Source of the DNA: Vulcanimicrobiota bacterium
GTDB lineage: Bacteria > Vulcanimicrobiota > Vulcanimicrobiia > Eremiobacterales > Eremiobacteraceae
Direction: 5' to 3'
Length of the DNA: 64,000 bases
NCBI GenBank assembly: GCA_963812135.1
Contig: CAWETU010000001.1
Coordinates: 1,888,001 to 1,952,000 of the forward strand
Below, in pieces: positions 9,910 through 22,921 of the stretch. The notes below the pieces were generated by a model, which worked only from the letters and a program-made list of their open reading frames with translations, had not been told where the DNA came from and ran no database searches. The position numbers were made by a program, and so were the translations under genes. Position 1 is the first letter of the stretch, and each line of letters starts with the position of its first letter.

Positions 9910-12900
9910 ATGTTTCGACGCTCGATGCAATGGGTGCTCGGTCTTTTCGCGTTGCTCGTACTCGTGCCGTTCCCAGGCGTTCGCCGGCACGACCGGGGTC
10001 ATCTCCGGCACGACCAAAGACGACCACGGTGTGCCCGTCGTGGCGGTCAGAGTCAGCGTCACTTCGCCGTCGCAGACGGCGTCGGCGCTCTCGTCGTCGA
10101 GCGGCTTCTTCGCGTTCCTCAACCTCTCGCCGGACACGTACCGCGTGACCGCCGTGAAGGACGGCTATGCGACCGCGAACTTTCCCGGCATCACGGTCCT
10201 CGCTGACCAAACGGCGCGCATCGATATCACCATGGCGCCCACCATCCGTACGATCGGACGAGTGACCACGACTGCAGCCGCAAGCCTTGTGAGCAAGAGC
10301 GTCACGGGCGATCTGTACACCGTCAGCGCGCAATCGATGGCCAAGTATCAGGGCAGCGTCGGCGGCGCCGAAACGTTATACAGCCAGAACGGCATCGTCG
10401 GTTCGCTGCCAGGCGTCACCCGGACGGTCGGCACCGGTGGTGGATACGCGGGCAACGGGTCGCTCTTCTTCCGCGGCGGCTCGAACGACCAAGTCGGCTT
10501 CGAACTCGAAGGCATCCCGCTCAACCGCGCGTTCGACTCGGCCAACGCCACTGCGTTCCTCACCAACGGCCTCTCGAGCCTTGAAGTCTACACTGGCGGC
10601 GAACCTGCCGACGCCGGCCGTTCGATGTCAGGCTATATCAATGAGATCATCCACCGCGGCAGCTTCCCCGGCGGCGCCGACCTGTCACTCGTGATCGGGT
10701 CGCCGCTGCTCACGAACGCCGTGGATATGGATCTCTATGGTGGCACACCGAGCAAGCACTTCACGTACTACGTGTCGACGCTGTGGGTCAACGGCGCCTA
10801 CAACTTCGGCGACCGAAGCAACCTCGACAACTCGTCGATAAGCGTCCCGGCCAACGACGTCGGCTGTCCGGCGGTCGCGTTCAACACCGGCAACATCACG
10901 TGTCCGAACGCTCAAACGAATTTCAACATACCGATCTCCCAAGGCGCATGGTCGAGCTTCGTCAATCCCTCCGCCCGGATGACGAACACCGTGTTCAACC
11001 TCAACTGGTCTCTCGACCACAACGGTTTATCCGACAATCTGCAGGCGTTGTACATGGTCGGCGCGACCGTGAACCCATTCAACTACTCGGGTCCGTTCGT
11101 CGATCCGACGACGATCGCGAACTGCGGCTATGAGACCGTGCTCTCAAATCCGTGCCCAACCCCGCCTGGCTCCGATGAGCTGGCCGTTCGGCATGCTCTA
11201 CAAAGGACAGGTCGGCCAGCCGTTCAACCCGACAGCGAATAACCTCTACACGCTCACCTGGCCGTCCGCGAATGGCAGCATAGGCGACATGCCGCCGAAC
11301 TACCTCGACACACAGCGCACGCAGTCGGCCATCGAGAAAATCGGCTACACGCGCGCGCTCACCAGCTCGTCGTTCTTGCGCCTCTACGCGTACTCGATCT
11401 ACTCGTTGTGGAACTTCGATCAAGCCACCAACGGGTACCAAGGCGACTCGTTCTACGATCTGCACGACAACGCCACGGGCGTCACCGCGAATTACCAGAA
11501 CCAGCTCAACCAGCAACACCTGCTGCGCTTCGACGTGGATTATTTGCAGGAGCGCAGCCTGCGCTACAACTACGCGAACAACTTCCCGTACCCCGATAAC
11601 TTCGTGAATTGCTTCCCATCGACGACGGTCGATTATTCGATCGGCGCCGGCAGCCTCGACTACGGCTGTACGGGATTCTTCAATTCGGCGACGCCTGAGG
11701 CGGTGGCGCAGATCAACGGCCCATTCGCCTACTACAACAACATCAGCCCGGTTTCGGAAGACGTCGCGATCGCCGACACGTGGCGCCCCAACGATCGTTG
11801 GACGTTTGACATCGGCGCTCGCTACGACGACTTCATCGTGCCGCTCATGCCCTTGCAGATCAGCGGACCAAACGGCATCGCCGAGCTGGCGCAGAACCAG
11901 TCCGGCACGTGTCTGCATGGGTATGCGTATGCGCCCGGTGAAATCTGTAACACATTCCTCAACTTTAGCGGCCCCCCATCATCGGTCTCGTGTCCGACTT
12001 GCGTCGGCGACGGCACGTTCGGAGCCTCCGCGCTGCCGGGCGCCGGCAACTGGGCCAACGTTTCCGGCAACCTGACGTACCAGTTCTTTAGTCCCCGCTT
12101 CGGCGTGACGTACGCGGCTGGTCCGAACGACGTCATCCGCTTCGCAGTCGGCCGATACGTGCAGCCGCCGGCGACGGCCTATGAGGAATACATCGCGGCG
12201 CCGCAGTGGGGCGCGACCGCGACCGTGGCCGTGCTCAACAACTTCTACGATGGCTTGGGGTTCACGGCCGTCCACAACGTCCAACCGCAGGACAGCACGA
12301 ACTACGACGCTTCCTACGAGCACGACTTCGCCAACGCGTTCTCGGTGAAAGTGTCGCCGTATTTCCGGGTCACCAGAGGCCAGATCCTCAACTTGCCTGT
12401 GAATCCGCTGCAGCCCACGTTCGAAACCGGTTACAACTTCGGCGCGGCGCGCGTCTCGGGAGTGGAGTTCCTGATGCGCGACTCGCATCAAGGCGACGGC
12501 TGGAGCGGCACGCTTGCCGCGACGTACACGGACTCGAAGATCCGGTTCGAAGCGCCGCTCGGCGGCGCCAACTTCATCGACACGATCAACAAACAGATCA
12601 CCGACTATAACAACTTCTACAGCACAAACTATCCGCTGTTCGACCCGAACGGCTACTACAAGCCGTCGCTCTTCGAGTCGCCGGGCAATACGGGTTCATC
12701 CTATGACGTGGCGTGGGTGGTCAACCTCAACGCGACGTACACAAGGCACGGTTGGGACGTCTCGCCGACGTTCAACTACCAGTCGGGCAACCCGTACGGC
12801 GATCCGCTCCTCTTCCCCGATCCGAATGGCGCCGCGAGCGGCCTGACGTACGGACCCGATCCCTACACGAAGAAGTTCGACGGCCTCGGCTCGTTCAACG

Positions 12901-13187
12901 GTCCGTGGTGGCTCACGATGAATCTCGCGATTGCGCATGACGTCGCCAAGAACATCAAGGCGAGCATCCTATACACGAATATCTTCACCGTCATCGGCAA
13001 CCGCGGCTATCCATGGGAGTACCCGACGAGCAAACAAGTGGTCTCGTACGAAGATAACTTCTTCTACTCGAACGCGCCGTTCGGCGCGCTCAATCCGGTC
13101 TATGTCGGCGAGAGCTACTACCCCTACGGACCGGGCTCGATCAACCCGTACCACCAGCTGGTGTTCAGCGTCTCGACCAAGATCTAG
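9910..13187 (+). CDS. TonB-dependent receptor with N-terminal carboxypeptidase-regulatory-like domain; two frameshifts (~9972, ~11170)
   Basis: GGAGG RBS and signal peptide ending QAFA-GTTG after the first shift; plug motif RGG..DQVGFELEGIPLN; beta-barrel-like segments (GARYD, FSPRFGVTY); C-terminus FSVSTKI. Spans ORFs 9910, 10031 and 11130. Confidence 0.85.
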
Positions 13188-16100
13188 CGACGCGAGCTGA
13201 TGTAGGTCTTGTAGTCCGACATCAGCGCATCGAACTGAGCTCCGATCGCCGCCTGCTCCGCAAGTTGCGCGGCGGTCGGCGGCCCTTGTGAGTACGACGG
13301 CGGGATCATCAGGATCTGCAGCCGCTCGCGCAGCTGGTTGGCCCGCTGCAGGTCATCTTCTGAATTGATCGGGTTCGACGTGAGCCGATCGTAGATCGCG
13401 CGGCCGCGCGCGTCCAACTTGCCGTGCTTCGCGAGATCGTCGAGCGCGTTGAGCGCCACGTCGATGTCCGACAGCCAGCCATTGAGTTGGTGGAAGAACT
13501 GATAGCGCGCGGCGTAGTCGGCCTGCGTCCACGTCGCGCGCGGGTCCGCGTGCACGCTGAGCGGTTGCTCTTGCGTCACCGCTCCTGCGATCAGACGAAC
13601 TTTGTACGAACCGGGAACGACCTGGGCGCCATCGCTTGGGCCCTGGTTCCACTCCTTGACCGAATGCCACGACACCGGCGCCGGCTCGGTGAGACTCCAC
13701 GCAATCCGGTTGAGGCCGGGATGCGCTGAGCCGGTGAGCGTCCGGACCACTCGTCCGCTGCCATCCACGAACTGGAGGCGCGGCGCAGACGGCATCTTGG
13801 CGGCGAGGTAATAGGTGATGATGGCGCCGTCCGGCGGATTCTCGCCGACGAACTGGCCCGCCGGCGCGCTGCCTTCATGTTCGCCGACTCCATACATCGT
13901 CAGCCACCACCGATACCACGCAAACGTGAGACGCGGCGGAAAGAGATAGGCCGCTGCGGCGCGCGCCTGCGCGAGCTGCTGCAACGCCGTCAGATCGTCG
14001 AGCACGTAGAAGTCGCGTCCATGCGTCGCGACGATCAGGTCGTTCTTGTCCGGCTGCACCTGGAGATCGCGCACCGCGGTCACGGGCAGGTCGCCTTGCA
14101 AGCTGCGCCAATGCGCGCCTCGATCGAACGAGATCCAGATCCCCTGTTCCAACCCAGCGTATAAGATGTCCGGATTGTTCGGGTCTTGACGCACGACGTG
14201 CACGTATTGGCCGGATGGCAAACCGTGGGCGATGCTGCGCCACGTGGCGCCATAGTCGTCGGTGGCGAACGCGTATGCGGTCCGATCTCCCATGAAGTGA
14301 CGGTCGAGGGCGAGGAACGCGCTTCCCGGCTTGAACGGCGATGCATCGATGTTCTCGACACGCCCGTACGGAGGCGCGGGCGGCGAGACGTCGACCCAGT
14401 GCAAGCCGCCGTCGCGCGTGAGGTGGACAAGGCCGTCGTCCGCACCGGCCCAGATCACGCCTTGGCCGGTCTCTGCCGGTGAGGGCGCGATACTGAGCAG
14501 CGTATCGTAGAACTCCGCACCCGAAACGTCGAGCGTCACGTCCCCGCCGGCTCGTTGCTGGTGTGCGATCTCGTTGCGCGTCAGGTCGGGGCTGATGACC
14601 CGCCAATTTCGGCCGTGATCCATCGTCTTGAACACGACGTTGCCGCCGAAGAACACATACTCCCGATCGAGCGTGTCGACGGCGACGGGCGCTTCCCAGT
14701 TGAAGCGATATGGCAAACCGGCGAGCGCCGTGCCATTGGTGTCGCGAGCGTACGGCGAGACGTCATAGCTCTGACGCGAATCGAGCAAGAACGTGTTGAT
14801 CTGCCCGGTGAGAACGTTGACGCCAACGTTCCAGACGATGTTGTCGTCCATCAGGTCAGGTATGGTGAAGACGCCGTCGCTGTCGTTGCCGACGTCGCGC
14901 CAGTTCGCCGACAGGATGCCGAGCGGGTCGAGGCTGTTGCTCGGACCGCAAAACGAGTCGTTGTCCTGGAACCCGCCGCAGATGTTGTACGGATTTTGGC
15001 GATCGAAGCCCATATGGTAGATCTGGCCGATCGCGATGTTGTAACGCCACTCCCAGTTCGCGCCGCCGTCCACGCTGATCGGCGCGCCGCCATCGTTTCC
15101 TTCTATCATCCGTCTGCCGTCGGCCGAGATCCACAGTGCGTGATGGTCTTGGTGGACAGCGGTTTTCACTTGGGAAAAGGTCACGCCGCCGTCCTTCGAC
15201 TCGAACATATCTTCCGAGAGGAAGAACACATGGTTGGCGTCGTGGGGATCGACTTCGAGCCGGCTCATATAGAACGGCCGCTGGTTGAGCGCATCGTCAC
15301 GGTTGACCAGCCGCCAGTCGACGCCTGCGTCATCCGAGCGCCAGAGCACGCCGCTGCGCGATTCGATCAGCGCGTAGACGCGCCGCGGATCGCTGTGCGC
15401 CACCGCAAGTCCGATCCGCCCCATGTCGCCCGGCGGCAAACCGTGACCGGTGAGTTTGGCCCAGTGTTGCCCGCCGTCAATCGATCGATAGATGCCGTCC
15501 GCCGCTCCACCGCTGGTGAACGTCCACGGCTTGCGTCGGAACTGCCAGATAGCGGCGAACACGAGCTTGCCGCCCGCGTCGCTCGCGAGATCCGCGGCGC
15601 CGCTGCTGGGTCCGACGTAGAGCGTCTTGCGCCACGTGAGCCCGGCGTCGGTCGTGCGATAGACGCCCCGGGCGTCGCTGTCGGCAAACGGATTGCCCAG
15701 CGCGCCGGCAAGCACGGTCTTTGGGTTCGAAGGATCGATGAGAATGCGCGAGATGATGTACGAATCCGCCAGCCCGCGATGCAGCCACGTCGCGCCGGCG
15801 TCGCGCGAAAGCCAGACGCCGTCGCCATACGACGCGTCATTGCGCGGCTTCGACTCTCCCGTGCCGACCCAGACCGTGCGCTTATCGGCGGGATCGATGG
15901 CGAGCGAGCCGATCGCCGCCAACCGGCTGCCCTGACCAGGTGTCTTGCCAGGTGACGCCGCCATTGGTCGTCCGGAAGACGCCGCCGTCGGCCGCGCCTA
16001 TGTAGTAAAGCCATGGATCGGCGTTCGTTCCCGCGACCGCGGGGACGCGGCCGCCCGACTGGCCAGGCCCGATCGAGCGCCAATGGAGGTCGCCGAGCCA

Positions 16101-16190
16101 GCCACCGTCTGCGGCCGCGGCAACCGGGCATATTAAGAGAACGAGGCTGACGCCGCAGCCGATAAGCCGCCTGCTGGAATTGTGCGAGAT
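13184..16190 (-). CDS. Secreted VPS10/sortilin-like BNR (Asp-box) repeat protein; frameshift ~15920, start uncertain
   Basis: Repeated S/TxDxGxxW boxes, GGFQDN, RFNWEAP. The N-terminal WRSIGPGQSGGRV..GGVFRTTNGGVTW lies in another frame upstream of ORF 13184..15964. Confidence 0.85.
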
Positions 16191-16297
16191 CGTGCCCTCC
16201 GTCGCCGCGCGCCGTTCGCGTCACACTTCTTTTTTTCCGCTGAGATCCGCCTGAGGAGGGAGGACCACGCGCCGCTCATGGCCTAGCAAACACGGTC

Positions 16298-17048
16298 ATG
16301 GACAGCCCGAAGACGATGGACCCCAAAGCGACCACCTTTTCCATCCAGCGCGCAAAAGAGCGTTACTGCGCCGACCACGGTTGGCTGAGCAGCTGCTTTT
16401 CGTTCAGCTTCGCCGACTATTACGACCCGAAGAACCTCAACTGGGGCGCGCTGCGCGTGCTCAATGACGACACGATCGCGCCGAGCTCAGGGTTCCCGAC
16501 GCACCCGCACCGCGATATGGAGATCCTCACCTACGTGCTGAGCGGAGCGCTCGAGCACAAGGACAGCATGGGCAACGAGGGCATCGTCAAGGCCGGCGGC
16601 GTGCAATACATGAGCGCCGGCACCGGCGTGCGGCATTCGGAAGAGAATCCGTCGAAAGATGAAGCGCTGCACCTCGTGCAGATGTGGGTCTTGCCAGGGC
16701 GCAAGGGACTCAAGCCGACGTACGGCCAGTGCGACTTCACGCAAAAGGATCGCTTGAACAAGTGGCTGCATGGTCGCGAGCGGCATTCCCGGCGAGCGCG
16801 CGCCCGTCGCGCTCTCGCAGAACGGGTCGTTTCGCATCGCGCGGCTCGAGAACGGCGTGCTTGATTATTCCTTCGGCAACTCGCGGCTTGGGTTTCTGTT
16901 CGTCGCCGACGGCAGCGTCGCGGCGAACGGCTCGCGTCTCGACACGGGCGATGCAGTGCGCATTGCGAACGTGCCGTCGCTCGCGCTCAGCGGTGCCGGC
17001 GAAGTGCTGCTGTGGGACGTGCCGCCGACCGTCGACGTTCCGATCTAG
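16298..17048 (+). CDS. Pirin family protein (YhhW-like); frameshift ~16770
   Basis: DHGWL.S..SFSFADYYDP, GF.THPHRDMEI, MSAGTGVRHSE; C-terminal cupin continues in ORF 16770..17048. Confidence 0.9.
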
Positions 17049-17478
17049 TTTTTCACCCAGGGATTGATCGCTAGTCGCAACTGATTCACCGCGCTTCGCG
17101 CGGCGTAGTCGTCTGTGGAGGTCGCAGCGTAGGAATACAGACGATCGAGCAGCGCAGCACGTTTGCGATTTTTCTCGTCGCCCTCAGCCGTCGCAAGCCA
17201 ATCGCCGACCGCCGAATTGACCCAAGCTGGAACATGCGGCACGTTCCGCTTTGCGTGAGCTCGTCGTGTATTGCCAGCTCGTCGACGGGCCGAGTTGAAG
17301 CCGGAACCGACAGCGCGCTCGATTTCTTACCGAACCCCGAAGAAGCAGCGTGCGTACGTAAAGACCCAAAGGCGAGCTTCGGAGCCAGAAACAGCAGCAG
17401 GACGACGATCGCGACAGCGTGTTCTGCATCCATGTGTTTGCCGGTCACGGAGGCGATGGCCAAAAGCATCAGCCCCAA
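17045..17478 (-). CDS. Hypothetical membrane-anchored protein, possibly one frameshifted gene
   Basis: Overlapping ORFs 17086..17478 (two hydrophobic stretches) and 17045..17242 fill the gap between pirin and liuE; no motif recognised. Confidence 0.35.
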
Positions 17479-17547
17479 TGAGCCGATGAGAAGACCATGA
17501 GGACAAGTCGTGAGCCTTCGGCGGCATCGGCTGAAATCATTGTGAGT

Positions 17548-18446
17548 TTATGAGACGGCTTGGTAGTATCTGCTCGTCGGGGCGTGATCGAGCGCGCCTG
17601 CGATCAACGTTGATGCGGCGACGACGCCTTCGAGCGAAACGCCAGTTTTGATGCTCATGCCGTGCAGCATGTAGAGCAGGTCTTCGGTCGCGAGATTGCC
17701 GCTCGCGCCGGGCGCGTACGGGCAGCCACCGAGACCCGCGGCGGATGAGTCGAAGGTTGAGATGCCGGCTTCAAGCGCCGCGAGCACGTTGGCCAGCGCG
17801 GTGCCGCGCGTGTCGTGGAAATGCATCGCGAGCCGCCCGATGTCCAGGCGATTCGGAGAGCAGCGCGACAAGCTCGACGACTTGGTTCGGCGTCGCGACG
17901 CCGATCGTGTCGCCGATGCTGATCTCGTCGATCCCCAGGGCGTCGAGGCGCATCGCGACCTCGACCACGCGCGCGAGGCGCGATCGTCTCCTCGAACGGC
18001 GAGCCGAAGCACATCGAGACGTAGCCGCGCACCCGAATCCCGTCTTGCTTCGCCCGTTTGATCACCGGAACGAAGCGGTCGATCGATTCATCGATCGTCG
18101 CGTTGATGTTGCGCCGGTTGAATTCTTCGGATGCGGCGGTGAAGACGGCGACTTCAGTCGCGCCGGCCGCCAGCGCTCGTTCCAACCCCCGTTCGTTCGG
18201 CACGAGTGCCGCGTAACGCGTGCCCGCGCGGCGCTTGATCGCGCGCATCACGTCTTCGGCGTCGGCGAGTTGGGGAATCGCCTTGGGGCTCACGAACGAC
18301 GTCGCTTCGATCACCGGTAAGCCGGCGTCGGAGAGCGCGTCGATGAAGCGCACTTTGGTCTCCGTCGGAATCGTCGTCTTCTCGTTTTGCAGTCCGTCGC
18401 GCGGGCCGACTTCAACGATCGTGACCTGCTTTGGAACCGACTTCAT
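17548..18446 (-). CDS. liuE: Hydroxymethylglutaryl-CoA lyase; frameshifts ~17975 and ~17850
   Basis: EVGPRDGLQNE, SFVSPK, GDTIGVATP, HFHDTRG, GGCPYAPGASGNLATED spread over three frames. Confidence 0.93.
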
Positions 18447-18454
18447 GGCCGCGC

Positions 18455-20416
18455 TCACGCAGCCGGCTCGACTTCGACAAGCACGTCGCCAGCATCGACC
18501 CGGTCGCCGGGTCGCACGTTGATCGATTGGACCCGTCCGTCGAACGGTGCGGTGATCGCGTGTTCCATTTTCATCGCCTCGATGACGGCGAGCACCTGAT
18601 GCGCCTTCACGTGTGCGCCTGGCTCGCAATCCACCTTGACCACGGTGCCGCTCATCGGCGCGGTGGCCGATCCGGAACCGCCGTGACCGCTCGCGTGCGC
18701 GCCCGCATGCGTGACGTCTTCGAGCGCATCGAGCACGAACGCCCGTCGAACGGGCGGGTCGCCCACCGCGAGCTCGATGCCACGATCGGTGGGCCACGCG
18801 CGCAGCGATTCCGGTCGCCCGTTGGCGGTCAGCTCGAAGTCAGGAGCCGCGAGCGGTCGAACCGTGGCATCGGTTTGCCCATTTCCAACCAGCCATGCCG
18901 ATGTGCGCCAATCGAATTCGGCCTGCACCGAAGCCGTGGGTGCGCTGAAACGGACCGAGCGACGCTGCGACCCGAGACGCCATGACCCGAGCGACTGGAG
19001 CGCGCCCGCCGCCGCGAGCGTTTCGACGACCTCGCGTTCGGGCGACGTTTGCGGTGGCGCCCAATGATGTTTGTCCAGGAAGTCCGTCGTCGCTTTGCCC
19101 GCGACAAAATCGGGCTCACGCACCAGCCAGCGCAGGAATTCGACGTTGGTCGCGACGCCCGCCACATGGCAATCATGCAGCGCGGCCTGCAAACGCCCCA
19201 GTGCCTCAGCGCGCGATTCGCCATACGCGATCAGTTTTGCGAGCATCGGATCGTAGTCCGTTGTGACGATTGAGCCCGCGGCAATGCCCTCGTCGACGCG
19301 GATACCTGGACCGGACGGCGCGCGGAAGTCGAGCACGCGACCGCTCGACGGCAGAAAGCCGTTGCTCGGATCCTCCGCATAGATACGCACTTCGATCGCG
19401 TGACCGCGCGGTGCGACATCTTTCTGGCGCAGGCTAAGAGGAGCACCGGCCGCGATCTCGATCTGCTCGCGGACGAGGTCCGTGCCGGTGACCATCTCGG
19501 TGACCGGATGCTCCACTTGCAGCCGCGCGTTGACCTCGAGGAAATAGAATTCGCCGTCCGCGTCGAGCATGAACTCGACCGTGCCCGCGTTCTCGTAGCC
19601 GACCGCTTTGGCGATGGCGAGTGCCGCGCTGCCGAGCTTATCGCGCAACTGGGTCGTGACGGCCGGTGAGGGTGTTTCTTCGACGATTTTCTGATGTCGG
19701 CGTTGGATCGAGCAGTCGCGCTCGTTGAGGTGGATATACGCACCGTGACGGTCGCCAAGGATCTGCACTTCCACGTGACGCGGCGATTCCAAGTATCGCT
19801 CAAGAAACACGGTCGCATCGCCGAACGCTGAACGCGCCTCGCGCTGCGCGCCTTCGATGGCCTCACGCAGCTGCGCAGGCTCGCGCACCAGCCGCATGCC
19901 CTTGCCGCCGCCGCCCGCCGCCGCTTTGACGATGAGCGGCGTGCCGATGCGCCGCGCCTCCCTGGAGAACGCCTCGATGGTCTGATCCTCGCCGAGGTAG
20001 CCCGGCACCGTCGGCACGCCGACCTCGGCTGCGATCCGCTTCGCCGCGATCTTATCACCGACGGCTTGCATCGCCGATGGGGGTGGTCCGACGAAGATGA
20101 CGCCTGCATCGAGACAGGCTTGCGCGAAGCGCGCGTTTTCGGAAAGGAAGCCGTAGCCTGGGTGCACGGCGTCGGCGCGAGCGCCACGCACCGCGGCGAT
20201 GACGTTGTCGATGTTGAGATAGGATTCGCGCGCCGGCGCGGGTCCGATGCGGACGGCTTCGTCGCATTCCTGCGTGTGCAGCGCTCCCTCGTCCGCGTCA
20301 GAATAGACGGCGATCGACGTGATACCCATGGCGCGACACGTGCGCGCGATGCGCACCGCGATCTCGCCACGATTCGCGATGAGGAGCCGCTCGATGCGCC
20401 GGATTACGCCTTCCAC
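18455..20416 (-). CDS. liuD: Methylcrotonyl-CoA carboxylase alpha subunit (biotin carboxylase plus BCCP)
   Basis: LIANRGEIA, HPGYGFLSEN, ERDCSIQRRHQK, EAMKME; lies between liuC and liuE. Confidence 0.9.
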   Translation of the reverse strand: MEGVIRRIERLLIANRGEIAVRIARTCRAMGITSIAVYSDADEGALHTQECDEAVRIGPAPARESYLNIDNVIAAVRGARADAVHPGYGFLSENARFAQACLDAGVIFVGPPPSAMQAVGDKIAAKRIAAEVGVPTVPGYLGEDQTIEAFSREARRIGTPLIVKAAAGGGGKGMRLVREPAQLREAIEGAQREARSAFGDATVFLERYLESPRHVEVQILGDRHGAYIHLNERDCSIQRRHQKIVEETPSPAVTTQLRDKLGSAALAIAKAVGYENAGTVEFMLDADGEFYFLEVNARLQVEHPVTEMVTGTDLVREQIEIAAGAPLSLRQKDVAPRGHAIEVRIYAEDPSNGFLPSSGRVLDFRAPSGPGIRVDEGIAAGSIVTTDYDPMLAKLIAYGESRAEALGRLQAALHDCHVAGVATNVEFLRWLVREPDFVAGKATTDFLDKHHWAPPQTSPEREVVETLAAAGALQSLGSWRLGSQRRSVRFSAPTASVQAEFDWRTSAWLVGNGQTDATVRPLAAPDFELTANGRPESLRAWPTDRGIELAVGDPPVRRAFVLDALEDVTHAGAHASGHGGSGSATAPMSGTVVKVDCEPGAHVKAHQVLAVIEAMKMEHAITAPFDGRVQSINVRPGDRVDAGDVLVEVEPAA

Positions 20417-21183
20417 GAAGGATTGCGCTTTTCGAGAAATGCGCGCAGCCCTTCTTGCCCCTCGGCGCTCGTGCGTTGGTTCGCCAGACGACGCGCGGTC
20501 CATGGGCCGACCTGTTCGGGCGCAAGCCGCGGCACGTTGAGGGCGATCTCCTTGGCCAGCCGCGTCGCGGCCGGACCGCCGCTGAGCACTTCACCACAGA
20601 CCGCTTGCACGGCCGCATCGAGATTGGCGCCCGGCACGACGTCATGGACGAGGCCGATGCGCATCGCGCGTTGGGCGTCGAATCGTTCGCCCGTCGTGAA
20701 GAGCGCGCGGGCATGCGTCTCGCCGATCTTGGCGATGACGAATGGCGAGATGACGGCCGGCACAAGGCCGAGTTTCACTTCGGTGAAGCCAAACGTTGTG
20801 TCGTCGGCGGCGATCACGCGGTCGCATGCCGCCAGCACGCCCGCGCCGCCGCCCAATGCCGCACCGTGGACGCGCGCGATGACGGGCACCGGGCAGGCGT
20901 TTACGGCGTGCAGCATGCCGGCGAGCTTCATAGAATCCTCAAGATTCTGGTCGGCCGTCATGTCAAGACTGGTCTGCATGTAGTTGATGTCCGCGCCGCC
21001 GCAAAACACGGGGCCTTCTCCGGCGAGGACGACGACGCGCAGCGCATCGTCTTTGGAAAACCCGTCGAAGATGCCCCTGATCGTCTGGATCATGACCGGA
21101 TCGAACGCGTTGCGCTTCTCCGGATTGTTCAGCGTCACGCGCGCGACGCCGCCGTCGCGGGCGAGGGTCACAATGTCGGCCAT
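20404..21183 (-). CDS. liuC: Methylglutaconyl-CoA hydratase (crotonase family)
   Basis: LNNPEKRNAF, FCGGAD, GAALGGG, TEVKLGLVPAVISP, EGLRAFLEKRNPSW. Confidence 0.9.
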   Translation of the reverse strand: MADIVTLARDGGVARVTLNNPEKRNAFDPVMIQTIRGIFDGFSKDDALRVVVLAGEGPVFCGGADINYMQTSLDMTADQNLEDSMKLAGMLHAVNACPVPVIARVHGAALGGGAGVLAACDRVIAADDTTFGFTEVKLGLVPAVISPFVIAKIGETHARALFTTGERFDAQRAMRIGLVHDVVPGANLDAAVQAVCGEVLSGGPAATRLAKEIALNVPRLAPEQVGPWTARRLANQRTSAEGQEGLRAFLEKRNPSWKA

Positions 21184-21200
21184 GTCTGCCCCTTTGTTTT

Positions 21201-21224
21201 CGGTCGAATAAATTCGACCGCTAC
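21201..21224 (-). repeat. REP-like palindrome copy 2, between liuB and liuC
   Basis: Exact CGGTCGAATAAATTCGACCGCTAC on the + strand. Confidence 0.85.
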
Positions 21225-21244
21225 ATCCGAGTTTTGCTCGGGTC

Positions 21245-22853
21245 CTACATCCGGAAAACGCCGAACGTCGTCGGCTCGAGCGGCGCGTTCGCCGCGGCGG
21301 AGATGCCCATCGCGAGCACGTGGCGCGTATCGGCCGGATCGATGATCCCGTCATCCCATAAGCGCGCGGTGCTGTAGTACGGGTTGCCTTCCGCCTCATA
21401 CTTCTCAAGTGTCGGGCGCATGAACTCCTCACGCTCTTGCGGCTGTCATCGTCTCGCCCTTCTTCTCGAGCGCCTCGAGCCGCACGGTGAGCAGCACGTT
21501 CGCGGCCTGCGGGCCGCCCATCACCGAAATGCGTGCGTTGGGCCACATCCACAGCTGGCGCGGCGAGAACGCGCGTCCGCACATGCCGTAATTGCCGGCG
21601 CCGAACGATCCGCCGATGATCACGGTGAATTTCGGCACGTTCGCGTTGGCGACCGCCATCACCAACTTGGCGCCGTCCTTGGCGATGCCGCCTTCTTCGT
21701 ATTTCTTGCCGACCATGAAGCCGGTGATATTCTGCAAGAAGATGAGCGGCACGCCGCGCTGGCACGCGATTTCGATGAAATGCGTCCCCTTGAGCGCACT
21801 CTCGGAGAACAAGATGCCGTTGTTCGCAAGGATGCCGACCGGGTTGCCTTCGATGTGCGCGAAGCCGCAGATCAGCGTCTCGCCGTAGAGCGCTTTGAAC
21901 TCGTGGAACTCGCTGCCGTCGACGATGCGCGCGATGACCTCGCGGACGTCGTACGGTTTGCGCCAATCGCGCTGCACGATGCCGTACATCTCGCGCGGGT
22001 CGTACTTAGGCGCACGCGGCTCGGTGACCGACCACGGCGTTTTTTTGCGCCGGTTGAGATTCGCCACGATCTCGCGGCACATCGCCAGCGCATGCCGGTC
22101 GTTGAGGGCCAAGTGGTCGCTCACGCCCGAGATGCGCGTATGGACGTCGGCGCCGCCAAGCTCTTCGGCGGTGACGATTTCGCCAGTCGCCGCTTTCACG
22201 AGCGGCGGCCCACCCAAAAAGATCGTCCCTTCGCCTTTGACGATGATCGACTCGTCGGACATCGCGGGCACGTACGCGCCGCCGGCGGTGCACGATCCCA
22301 TCACGGAGGCGATCTGCGGGATGCGTTTGCTCGACATCTGCGCTTGGTTGTAGAAAATGCGTCCGAAATGATCGCGATCGGGAAACACTTGGTCCTGAAG
22401 CGGCAAGAACGCGCCGCCCGAATCGACGAGATAGATGCACGGCAGGTGGTTCTGCTCGGCGATCTCCTGCGCGCGCAGATGCTTCTTGACGGTGATCGGG
22501 AAATACGTGCCGCCTTTGACGGTCGCGTCGTTGCCGACGATGACGCACTCGACGCCTTCGACGCTGCCGATGCCGGTCACGATGCCGGCGCTCGGCGCCT
22601 CGTTCTTGTACATCCCCCACGCGGCCAGCGGCGATAGCTCGAGAAACGAGGAGTTCGCGTCGACGAGCAGATCGATCCGCTCGCGCACCGGCAGCTTGCC
22701 GCGCGCCACGTGTTTGGCCAACGCTTCGGCGCCGCCGCCTTGGGAGACAAGCGTTTGGCGCTGCGCGAGCTCCTCGAGCAACGTCACGAAGTACTCGCGA
22801 TTGGCGGCGAACTCTTTCGAAGCAGTATCGACGCGCGATTGAATGACAGCCAT
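21245..22853 (-). CDS. liuB: Methylcrotonyl-CoA carboxylase beta subunit; frameshift ~21435
   Basis: [47 protein letters not shown]-terminus [17 protein letters not shown] in the shifted frame. Confidence 0.94.
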
Positions 22854-22921
22854 CGTGCGCGGTCCACTTAACTCTCGCAAGGGACGGCGCCTGCTCGGGG
22901 CCAACGAGGAGCGTCGAAAGC

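Noticed and set aside
20404..21966. 520-aa ORF as a LiuB-LiuC fusion
   Set aside because: The upstream part is an off-frame reading of liuB. liuB stops at 21245 and liuC has its own ATG at 21183.
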